From Treponemataceae bacterium (lineage in GTDB: Bacteria; Spirochaetota; Spirochaetia; Treponematales; Rectinemataceae), in contig CAXXVZ010000004.1 in NCBI GenBank assembly GCA_963678065.2, forward strand, positions 544,001 through 608,000: a stretch of 64,000 bases of DNA, given 5' to 3'. A program made the position numbers and the translations under genes. The notes beneath the pieces were generated by a model, which worked only from the letters and a program-made list of their open reading frames with translations, had not been told where the DNA came from and searched no databases. This document shows positions 39,914 to 48,104 of the stretch, in pieces. Positions within the stretch are counted from its first letter, which is position 1; every line of letters begins with the position of its first letter.

Positions 39914-39943
39914 TTGACATCGGGCAGGGATTTCGGGTACTGT
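39914..39943 (+). promoter_or_regulatory. sigma70-type promoter of tRNA-Ala
   Basis: TTGACA-18 nt-TACTGT ending 15 nt before the tRNA. Confidence 0.65.
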
Positions 39944-39958
39944 CATTTTGCTTCGAAC

Positions 39959-40031
39959 GGGGGTGTAGCTCAGTTGGTAGAGCGTTTGAATGGCATTCAA
40001 GAGGTCAGGGGTTCAATTCCCCTCACCTCCA
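39959..40031 (+). tRNA. tRNA-Ala (GGC)
   Basis: GGGGGTGTAGCTCAGTTGGTAGAGCG...TGGCA...GGTTCAATTCC...CACCTCCA; G3:U70 identity pair; CCA is not encoded. Confidence 0.96.
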
Positions 40032-40040
40032 CGATCAGGC

Positions 40041-40069
40041 AAGGCTGTCCATCGCGGACAGCCTTTTTT
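40041..40069 (+). terminator. intrinsic terminator of tRNA-Ala
   Basis: AAGGCTGTCC-ATCGC-GGACAGCC followed by TTTTTT. Confidence 0.85.
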
Positions 40070-40221
40070 ATTTTCAGACCATAAACACAAGCTCCCGCGA
40101 GTGGGCGGGTCGTTGTCACGATCCGGCATTTTGTCGTAAACTCGATGGATACAGGACGTCTGCTCCGGCAGGATCCAGAGGATCCCGGCGAGGGCAGGCA
40201 GCTCTGCAACGGGAGCTGTGT

Positions 40222-41115
40222 GTGGAATCGATCAGAAGCAGATATGGCGAAATCATCAAGCGGATGCTGAAGGTTTCCCGCGGCAATCACTCTGTCACCG
40301 AGAAGAACGTCTTCCAGCCCGGGAACCCGGACAACCTGCCCTATATTGACTCCATCATCAGGGATCACATTCTGCCCGGATCAGGGCTCCGCGGCATCGA
40401 AAACCTGAAATCGCTCCACGAGGCCGCCTCTCATGGTGAATCCTGCCTCCTCCTCGTCGAGCATTATTCCAATTTCGACCTGCCCGTCTTCCACTACTTT
40501 TTGCGCGAGTCGGGGCCCGAGGGGACTACGATCGCGGATACGCTCATCGCGATTGCCGGAATCAAGCTGAGCGAAAGCAATCCCGCCGTCCTCGCCTTCA
40601 CGGAAACGTATTCACGGATCGTCATATATCCGAGCCGCTCCATAGAGATCATAAAGCGGAACCTCAAAGATCCCAAGGAACTCGTGACCGAGATGATGCG
40701 CAGCACCATGGTAAACCGCGCTGCGATGAAATCCATGTCCGAAGTGAAGAAAAACGGCAAGATAATCCTGGTATTCCCGGCCGGAACCCGGTACAGGCCC
40801 TGGGACCCCGAGAGCAAGAGGGGGGTTCGGGAGATCGATTCCTACATCAAGAGTTTCGACAAGATGTGCCTTGTCTCCATCAACGGAAACATCCTGAGGC
40901 TCAATCCTTCCGGCGCCATGGAAGACGACACTCTCCACTCCGACCGCATGGTTCTGAAAGCGGGCCCTGTACTCGACTGCGAAACCTACAGGGAAAAGGT
41001 GAAGCATGAACACCGCTTCCGCGACGACAAGAAACAGGCCGTCGTCGACCAGATCATGGCCGATCTCGACATCATGCACGAGGAAGTGGAGAAATACAGG
41101 CTGGATTCACAATGA
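40222..41115 (+). CDS. glycerol-3-phosphate acyltransferase (plastid/chlamydial/spirochaete type)
   Basis: HxxxxD motif (EHYSNFDLP) and FPAGTRYRP. Confidence 0.8.
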   Translation: MESIRSRYGEIIKRMLKVSRGNHSVTEKNVFQPGNPDNLPYIDSIIRDHILPGSGLRGIENLKSLHEAASHGESCLLLVEHYSNFDLPVFHYFLRESGPEGTTIADTLIAIAGIKLSESNPAVLAFTETYSRIVIYPSRSIEIIKRNLKDPKELVTEMMRSTMVNRAAMKSMSEVKKNGKIILVFPAGTRYRPWDPESKRGVREIDSYIKSFDKMCLVSINGNILRLNPSGAMEDDTLHSDRMVLKAGPVLDCETYREKVKHEHRFRDDKKQAVVDQIMADLDIMHEEVEKYRLDSQ

Positions 41116-41157
41116 CAGCTGCGGGGAGACGGGCATCTTTCCCGTCCCCCGGAAACC

Positions 41158-41790
41158 CTATTTTCTGAAAAATCTCTTGCCGGGATTTATGTTGAACCGC
41201 AGCACGAAGTAGACCCACCCGAAGCCGAAACCCGCAAGGTGGGCGAGATGCGCCACTGAACCGTTCACGCCGAAGACCTGAGAGAAGAGCTCGATCGCTG
41301 TGTACCCGAGGACGAGAATGGGTGCCCGCACGGGAAGAATCGCCCAGATATAGATTTCCGATTCGGGGAAAATAGTCGCATAGGCGAGAAGGACTGCGAA
41401 TACCGCGCCGGAAGCGCCGATGAGGGCCACGTTGTATGTCCCTGTAGCCAGATAGATTCCAAGAGAGAAAAGACCGGCGAGAAGGCCTGTGAGGAAGTAG
41501 TAGAGCGTGAACTCGCGGCTTCCGATCTGTCTCTCGACCTGCATCCCGAAAAAGAAAAGACCGAGCATGTTGAGCAGCAGATGGGACAGATTCGCGTGGA
41601 CGAACATGTAACTCAGGACCTGCCACACGTAACCCTGCAGCACCGCTCCGGGAATAAGAGCGAGGGAGAACTTGAGTTCCGGAAGAAGATATGTGAGGGC
41701 GAACACGAAGACGTTCGCCGCGATGATCCAGAGCGTGGCGTTGGTCATCGTGTAGCGGAAAGGGCGTCTCATCAGAGAATTGTGCAACAT
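41158..41790 (-). CDS. rhomboid family intramembrane serine protease
   Basis: WQVLSYMFVHANLSHLLLNM, IGASGA and AHLAHLAG motifs; start codon uncertain (41772 or 41790). Confidence 0.92.
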   Translation of the reverse strand: MLHNSLMRRPFRYTMTNATLWIIAANVFVFALTYLLPELKFSLALIPGAVLQGYVWQVLSYMFVHANLSHLLLNMLGLFFFGMQVERQIGSREFTLYYFLTGLLAGLFSLGIYLATGTYNVALIGASGAVFAVLLAYATIFPESEIYIWAILPVRAPILVLGYTAIELFSQVFGVNGSVAHLAHLAGFGFGWVYFVLRFNINPGKRFFRK

Positions 41791-41895
41791 GAGTTCAGAG
41801 TACGAATAATCCGCGAAAACGGCAAGTATGGCGGGAGATTTTGCGCGTCGGAAAACCTTCATTCCATGCGGCGTGGCCCCTGCCCCATCCCCGGA

Positions 41896-44400
41896 TCAAT
41901 CGGTCTCCGAATGCTTCTTGATCGTCGCGACGAGCTCGTCGAGGGTGAAGGGCTTGGAGATGACGTCATCCATGCCCGAAGCGAAACAGCGCTCCCGCTC
42001 CGACTCCATGACGCTCGAAGTCATGCCTATGATGACGGGCCTTCCGGGGCCTTTCAGCTGGCGCATGCGGGAAGAACTCTCGTAGCCGTCCATGACGGGC
42101 ATCACGCAATCCATGAACACGATGTCGTACTCGTTGCGCAGGCAGGCCGCAAGCGCTTGCCGCCCGTCGGTGGCGATGTCCGCCGTGTAGGCGCGGGACT
42201 TCAACATGCGCATGATGATTTCACGGTTGACCTCGCCGTCCTCGGCAAGGAGGATGCGGGGTTTGAAGGGAAGGTCGGAACACTCGCTGCCTGGAGCGGG
42301 TTGCAAGGAGGCTCCGGTCTCCTCGCGGATCACGGGCGCACGGGCAGGTGTCCGGCCCTGGTCAGAGGGATTGAAGTTCGAGGCATCAGGATTTGCTTTA
42401 TCAGCGACTGCCGAAGAAGAACCGCCTTGGACCGTCCCCGCGGGTACATTCGCGGCCCGGGTCAGTCCGGGATCTGAACTTCCCGGCCCGGTCTTCGCGG
42501 CCGCGGAGTTCTCAGCTCGTGCCCTGCGTCCCAGGCCAAAAAACGTTTTTTTCCGAAGCGGGACTTCCGCGGCAGGAATGGTCTGCACAGCCGACAAAGA
42601 AGGCTGCGCCGCGCGCGGCTCTCCCTCAGCCGGAGGAGCGCCTGGTCCCGGTTCCGCGGCAGTCAATTCAGTCAATTCAGTCGATTCTGCCGATTCTGCC
42701 GATTCTGCCGTGACAGAAGTTTCGGGCACCGGGGCAGGTTCTTCTTCCTTCGAAAGCCTGAAGCGGAGTGTAAATCGGACCATGAGCCCCTGCCCCGACC
42801 CGGGTTCGTACTCGAGGTGCCCGCCGAGCAGGTGCACGAGGGAGCCCGCGAGGGACATGGACAGTCCCGTGGTGGCGAATCGTCTTGAAGGGGAGCCTCT
42901 GGCCGAGCTGAAGGCCTCGAAAATATTCCCCGGATTCGTCGGATCGAGGTTGGAGCCGGTATCTCTGACTATGAAGCGCAGGACGGCCCCGTTGTTGCCC
43001 ATGTCCTCCAGGATCACCGAGAGGGCCACTTCGCCCTTGTCGGTGTAGGCGATGGACTCGCCGACGAGATTGTAGAGGATGCGGCGCAGCCGGGCAGGAT
43101 CGCCGAAGAGGCTCTGGGGGATGACGGCCTCCACGGAGGTCTGGAGGTTTATCTTCTTGGCTTTGACATGCCCGGCGAAATCGTCGATGAGCTCCGAGAC
43201 GATGGACCTGATATCGAATTCGATAGACTCGGGTTTGGCTTCGAACCTTTCGAGGGAGACGGTTTCCCTGAGATCGGAGGAAAGCCTCCTCAGCATGCGG
43301 AAGGCATGGCGGGAGGCGACGACCGGAGAGATGACAGCGGTCCCGGAAACTGTCTCATCGGCGCTCGCAGCCGCGGCCTCATGGCCGTCAATGGGAGCGT
43401 TTGCTGAGGAGGAGGCAGGTTCGATACCGCCCAAGAAAGCGGCGACCGGAGCGAGAGCATTGCGGATTTCTCCGGAAACTGACTCAAGAAGGATCGTGGC
43501 ATCCGGGTCGTCGGCAGTCCGGGAGCCATTGCCCTCGCGGGAGAACAGGCCGGCGATGATGATGGCGGCGCAGGCGATCAGTCCCGCGAGGAGGATGAGA
43601 TAGTCGGTCGGAAGCGCCTTTTCCCATCCGGCGGAAGGGATTGCAGCCAGCTCCCATACCAGTCCGGGGAGATTTACCGGCACCCGGACGGGGTTGTCGG
43701 CCAGGATTTCCCTTCTTCCCCAAAACACGGATTTGAGGGAGGGGTTCTGCGCATCCGGTCCCGAAAGCGCAAATCTGACCGCGCCCGTATCGTCCTTCAG
43801 TCCTGTCTTCTTGAGCACCTTGCCGAAATCGACCGCGGTGCTTATCACACCCCACAATTTCTCGGAGCCCTTTTCCGGAATGAACACCGCGGCGCGGGCA
43901 TAGACGGAAAAACCTCCTTCCAGGGATTCCGAGGGGCCTGAGGCTACCGGTGTTTTTTTGTCAATCGCATCGACGACAGCCCGGCGCCGTTCCGGATTGG
44001 AGAGAAGATCGTGACCTATGAGAGACTGGCCTTTAGTCCTGGGATAGTACCACGCCACGATGGCGTTCGGCGCCGCGCTCACCGATGTGATTGCCGTGTC
44101 GGGCGGAAGCATAGCATAAGTGAGGGTGTCGAGCTCGGAGGATGTGACGGAAGGCTTGCGCGCGACGATCGCCGCGATTCGCTGCGCCGTTCCGAGTTCG
44201 GCATTGAACGCGCTCTCTATCCTTGAGCGGGTCATTCCAAGCTGTATGGAGAGACTCTTTTCAGTCTCGCGAGCCCTCTCGCCGATATGCAGGAAAAAGA
44301 GACCGGCAAATACTGCAGCCAGTGTGATCGCAGCAATCAGATGCGGCAGCAGCTCCGACAGCTTTTTTTTCCAGTCCATCGAGTAGGTCATCGGTTTCAT
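41896..44400 (-). CDS. membrane sensor: TM-CHASE-like-TM, degenerate HisKA/HATPase, low-complexity linker, receiver domain (hybrid pseudokinase)
   Basis: CHASE-like segment (YYP...LIGHDLL...R...GP...LEGG...WGVIS...VD); kinase-like GDPARLRRILYNLV...VRDTG...IFEAF; intact REC ILLAED...FMDCVMPVMDG...KPF. Confidence 0.8.
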   Translation of the reverse strand: MKPMTYSMDWKKKLSELLPHLIAAITLAAVFAGLFFLHIGERARETEKSLSIQLGMTRSRIESAFNAELGTAQRIAAIVARKPSVTSSELDTLTYAMLPPDTAITSVSAAPNAIVAWYYPRTKGQSLIGHDLLSNPERRRAVVDAIDKKTPVASGPSESLEGGFSVYARAAVFIPEKGSEKLWGVISTAVDFGKVLKKTGLKDDTGAVRFALSGPDAQNPSLKSVFWGRREILADNPVRVPVNLPGLVWELAAIPSAGWEKALPTDYLILLAGLIACAAIIIAGLFSREGNGSRTADDPDATILLESVSGEIRNALAPVAAFLGGIEPASSSANAPIDGHEAAAASADETVSGTAVISPVVASRHAFRMLRRLSSDLRETVSLERFEAKPESIEFDIRSIVSELIDDFAGHVKAKKINLQTSVEAVIPQSLFGDPARLRRILYNLVGESIAYTDKGEVALSVILEDMGNNGAVLRFIVRDTGSNLDPTNPGNIFEAFSSARGSPSRRFATTGLSMSLAGSLVHLLGGHLEYEPGSGQGLMVRFTLRFRLSKEEEPAPVPETSVTAESAESAESTELTELTAAEPGPGAPPAEGEPRAAQPSLSAVQTIPAAEVPLRKKTFFGLGRRARAENSAAAKTGPGSSDPGLTRAANVPAGTVQGGSSSAVADKANPDASNFNPSDQGRTPARAPVIREETGASLQPAPGSECSDLPFKPRILLAEDGEVNREIIMRMLKSRAYTADIATDGRQALAACLRNEYDIVFMDCVMPVMDGYESSSRMRQLKGPGRPVIIGMTSSVMESERERCFASGMDDVISKPFTLDELVATIKKHSETD
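42661..42710 (+). repeat. degenerate 9-bp tandem repeat within the sensor linker
   Basis: AGTCAATTC x2, AGTCGATTC, TGCCGATTC x2, TGCCG; encodes (AES)n(TEL)n on the minus strand. Confidence 0.8.
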
Positions 44401-44454
44401 GCGACTCCCGGCAGGCAGTTTTCTCTTTTCGTGGGCGCACGGGCGCTTTTTCTT

Positions 44455-44483
44455 ACTGTAGATTCTCCGACACAGACAGTCAA
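44455..44483 (-). promoter_or_regulatory. sigma70-type promoter of the sensor gene
   Basis: TTGACT-17 nt-TACAGT about 55 nt upstream of ATG 44400. Confidence 0.6.
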
Positions 44484-44581
44484 CCTGAACGCGTCAAAGA
44501 TTGTCAGTATTTACCGTATCGGAAACGATGACAGGCATTCCAGCACAGCCATCGGCGGTACAATCACCGGCGTCCACGCCG

Positions 44582-44611
44582 GGCAGAGAAAGCCCGAAGG
44601 CTTTCTCTGCC
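44582..44611. repeat. 13-bp perfect hairpin with C(UUCG)G tetraloop on the minus strand
   Basis: GGCAGAGAAAGCC-TTCG-GGCTTTCTCTGCC, 14 nt beyond the intron 3' end. Confidence 0.8.
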
Positions 44612-44625
44612 ATCGGTATCTCAGG

Positions 44626-46550
44626 ATCGAGTAGGAGGGGGGCTCACGCCCCCCGTCCTCTCACACCACCGTACGTACGGTTCCGTATACGGCGGTTTCC
44701 AGAATATCACCTAATCAAACAGAGTCGATCGATCATCGAAACGAGTCCCACACTATCAAAGTATTTTTTGGGGAATGCGAAGCGTATGTGCTGAGCGCCG
44801 GAGTTCCACCACGGTCCGCGTTGGTTGAAGGCGGAACGGACTGCCGTTTCTTCCGGCAAGCCCCGCTCCATGAGCCGTTTCCGTCGCGTCCATGGTCTCT
44901 TCCATTGCCGCCAGAGGTTGCAGCGCAGTTTCCTGCGAAGCCATCCGTCCAGCTCTTCCGCGAATCGCTTCGTCTCGGCGAGGGAGTAATACTGAATCCA
45001 GCCGCGAACGAGGGGGGGTAGGGTTTCCGTGACAAACCAATAAAGATTTCGGCCCTGCGCTCCTCGAAAGAGAGCTTTGACCTTTTCTTTGAACCGATCG
45101 ATCGACGATTCCGCCACCCGTATCCTCGTCTGCCGTTCGCAGGTGAAGGAATAGCCGAGAAACTTGCGTTCCCACGGTCGGGCTACCGCACTTTTCTCCC
45201 GGTTCACTTTGAGTCTGAGTCTGCCCTCGATGAACCGCGAGATCGATGCCATCACCCGCTCCCCTGCCCGCGTGCTCGCGACGTAGATGTTGCAGTCGTC
45301 CGCGTAGCGGCAGAATGACAGTCCGCGTTTCTCCAGCTCCTTGTCCATCGCGTCGAGCATGATGTTGGACAGTAGCGGCGACAGAGGCCCGCCCTGCGGC
45401 GTTCCCTTGTCCCGATCCCTCACGACGCCGCCCTTCATGACCCCCGCTTGCAGGTATCGCCGAATCAGTTTCAGGACCTTCTTGTCCCGCACCCTTTTCG
45501 CGATCCTCGCCATCAGGTGATCATGATTCACTTCATCGAAAAACTTCGCCAAATCGATGTCTACAACCCACCGCTTCCCCGCGAGCTGGAACTCCTTCGC
45601 TTTCCGGATCGCGTCGTGCGCTCCCCGTCCAGGTCGGAAGCCATAGCTGTTCGGCGAAAACTCAGGCTCGAATATCGGGCTCAGAACTTGATGAAGTGCC
45701 TGCTGGATGAGCCGATCCACGACCGTCGGTATGCCGAGTTGCCGCTTCCCACCATTGGGTTTCGGAATCTCGACACCTCGCACAACCTCGGGCCGCTACG
45801 TACCCGCCAGCAGCCTTTCCTTGACCTCGAACCAGTGCGCTTGAAGCCAGGGCTTCAGGTCTTCAACACTCATCTTGTCGACTCCCGCCGCTCCTTTGTT
45901 CCCCACCACCCGCGCATAGGCTTCGAGCATGTTCCCGCGTTCGACCAGACGCTCGATCAACTCCGTCGTTTCGGGGTTCGTCGTTTCCGTTCCCGTCACC
46001 GAGCCCTCCACCCATGCGCTTGCTGTCGGGTTTCCGTCCCTATCCTCCGCGCACGCCGGTCTCGTCCCCGTATCCGGGCGACTCCTCCGTGTCTGTGTTC
46101 ATTGGGTCTCGTGAAGGTCCGGCTGACTCGCCGTTCTTCTGGATTCAGCCCTTCGCGTCCGGTCGTTGACGCTACTATGACCTCTGCTGACTTCTGGCCA
46201 TCCATTTCCCCGCCTCGTGACGGGAATAGCCGCTTTGGCGGATGGTCAGATCTCCCCGGGTAATGCACCGTGACTACTGTCACGACCTACCTTCACGCTT
46301 ATACCCGCCGCATCTACAGAAAGAGATTCCGTGTACGTATTGGACTTTGAAGATATTGGCCTTCTCATCCTCTCCTCCTGCCTCATACGATTCCTGTCCG
46401 TCAGGCCAGCGCTTTGCCTTCACCTTCCTTCAGATTCAGGGTCGCCCCTGACACCCTTGGCGTTCGGCTAACGGTTCCCCTTACCGGGCCCGTACGGGAC
46501 TTGGCGATTCCTCGCCGCACCCGCAAGTTGGTGCACCCTGCCGGGCGCAC
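44626..46550 (-). mobile_element. group II intron, class C (IIC)
   Basis: 5' end GTGCGCCCGGCA; 3' end DV GAAACCGCCGTATACGGAACCGTACGTACGGTGGT (CGC triad, short DV) and DVI ending CCTACTCGAT; internal RT lacking an endonuclease domain; inserted right after a terminator T-tract. Confidence 0.95.
44707..46011 (-). pseudogene. ltrA: group II intron reverse transcriptase/maturase interrupted by in-frame TAG at 45796-45798
   Basis: ORFs 45796-46011 (NKGAAGVD, RT0) and 44707-45783 (IPKPNGGKRQLGIPTVVDR, GTPQGGPLSPLL, YADD, maturase X) share a frame and read LLAGT*RPEVVRGVEIPK. Confidence 0.9.
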
Positions 46551-46551
46551 C

Positions 46552-46587
46552 AAAAAAAAGGACGCATGGCTTTCACCATGCGTCCTT
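46552..46587 (-). terminator. intrinsic terminator of tRNA-Cys (target site of the IIC intron)
   Basis: AAGGACGCATGG-TGAAAG-CCATGCGTCC-T8, then G, then the intron GTGCG. Confidence 0.9.
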
Positions 46588-46589
46588 GA

Positions 46590-46661
46590 AGGCGCCGATC
46601 GGAATCGAACCGATGCATGAAGCTTTTGCAGAGCTCTCCCTTACCGCTTGGGTACGGCGCC
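46590..46661 (-). tRNA. tRNA-Cys (GCA)
   Basis: GGCGCCGTACCCAAGCGGTAAGGGAGAGCTCTGCAAAAGCTTCATGCATCGGTTCGATTCCGATCGGCGCCT; U73 discriminator; CCA is not encoded. Confidence 0.96.
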
Positions 46662-46790
46662 AAAGTACAATGAATATATATAGAACGAAAGATTTTGTAA
46701 AGACCTGGCCCCGGAAACTATCGATTTTCATCGCGGGGGCAGCAGAGCGAGGGCGCCTTCCCAGGTGCGGAAGACCGGATATGGGAACAT

Positions 46791-46826
46791 AAAAAGGACC
46801 GGCCGATAGTACCGACCGGTCCTTTT
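46791..46826 (-). terminator. intrinsic terminator after secF
   Basis: AAAAGGACCGG...CCGGTCCTTTT. Confidence 0.75.
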
Positions 46827-46856
46827 CCTCGCATCCGTTCCGGATGCTTCGGGATT

Positions 46857-48104
46857 TTACTTCGTTTCCAGGGCCGGAGCCTTATCGTTGCCGGTCTTCC
46901 TGTCGAGGATCACGCGTTTTTCTTTCCTGTCTTCCCACCAGAGAACGAATGCGCTTGCGATGTAGAGAGTGGAATAGGTGCCGGAGATCATTCCGACGAA
47001 GAGGGCGACGGCGAAGTCCTTGATGCTGCCCGTCGTGAAGAAGATGAGAGCGAGGACGGTGAGCATCGTGCACAAGGTAGTGATGATCGTGCGCGAGAGA
47101 GTGATAGTGAGGGCCGAGTTGAGGACGTCTTTGAACCTCTCGGTCGGTCTCAGCTTGCGCTCTTCGCGGACGCGGTCAAACTGGACGATGGTGTCGTTGA
47201 TCGAGTAGCCGAGGATGGTCAGGATTGCGGCTATCGTCGAGGTGTTGAACTCCATGCGTGTCCAGACCACGAAGCAGACCATGATGAGGGCGTCGTGAAG
47301 GGTCGCGAGGACGGCGCCCATGCCATACTGGAAGCCGAACCTGAGCGTGGCATAGGCGAGGATGACGAGAACCGTCGCAAGGATCAGGGTGGCCGCGGTC
47401 CTGGAGAGCGACTCGGAGTACCGGGCACCGACGTAGTCAGTCTGCATGACGACGACGCGGGAAACGCCGAAGGTCTTCTCGAGAGACTCGCGGATGAGGG
47501 CAGGAGCAGTCTGGGAAAAATTCACTTCCTTGCCCTTGTCCTGGACGCGGATGAGATAACGCTGAAGCGATACTGGTTTGACCTGCTGCACGGAGATGTC
47601 GCCCTTGCCGTTGAGGGACTCGCGGACCTTTTCGATCGTGGCAAATTTCTCGGCTTCGTCCGCAGGAGCCCTGTGCATGACGAATGGATCCATTCCGAGG
47701 CGAGTGTCGCCCTGGAAGGTCGGAACGAGAAGCTTCGATGCGACCGCAGGCTGATCCACGACAGTCGCCGCAAGACCTGGAAGTGCGGAAATCGCTGCTG
47801 CCACGTCGGAAAGAGCGGGGGCCTTCTGATAATCGATCACGACAGTCTTGTTCTCGATCTCAGCGCCGGAAAACACAAGTGTTGCCTTGTCTTCCGCGAC
47901 CGACATCGTGACATTGCCTTTGCCGCTGTAGGTGACGTTGAGGGCCGGATACGCGAGCTGTACCGTCTGGTTAATGCCTGCCTGAAAGTCGACGCCGAGG
48001 TTGAAACCCATGGTCAGGTAGCCGATGATCCCGAGCAGGATCAGCGATGTCGACATGATGGCTGCAGGAATATAGAATTTGCTGAACTGGACGACACGTT
48101 TCAT
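46857..48104 (-). CDS. secF: protein translocase subunit SecF
   Basis: FNLGVDFQAG, LHD, GYSINDTIVQFDRVRE, TLSRTIIT and GTYST motifs. Confidence 0.95.
   Translation of the reverse strand: MKRVVQFSKFYIPAAIMSTSLILLGIIGYLTMGFNLGVDFQAGINQTVQLAYPALNVTYSGKGNVTMSVAEDKATLVFSGAEIENKTVVIDYQKAPALSDVAAAISALPGLAATVVDQPAVASKLLVPTFQGDTRLGMDPFVMHRAPADEAEKFATIEKVRESLNGKGDISVQQVKPVSLQRYLIRVQDKGKEVNFSQTAPALIRESLEKTFGVSRVVVMQTDYVGARYSESLSRTAATLILATVLVILAYATLRFGFQYGMGAVLATLHDALIMVCFVVWTRMEFNTSTIAAILTILGYSINDTIVQFDRVREERKLRPTERFKDVLNSALTITLSRTIITTLCTMLTVLALIFFTTGSIKDFAVALFVGMISGTYSTLYIASAFVLWWEDRKEKRVILDRKTGNDKAPALETK

Noticed and set aside
44707..46011. RT as a retron, DGR, CRISPR-associated or defence RT
   Set aside because: It is flanked by canonical group II intron ends (GTGCG, DV, DVI), has a maturase domain, and shows no TR/VR pair, msr-msd or cas genes.
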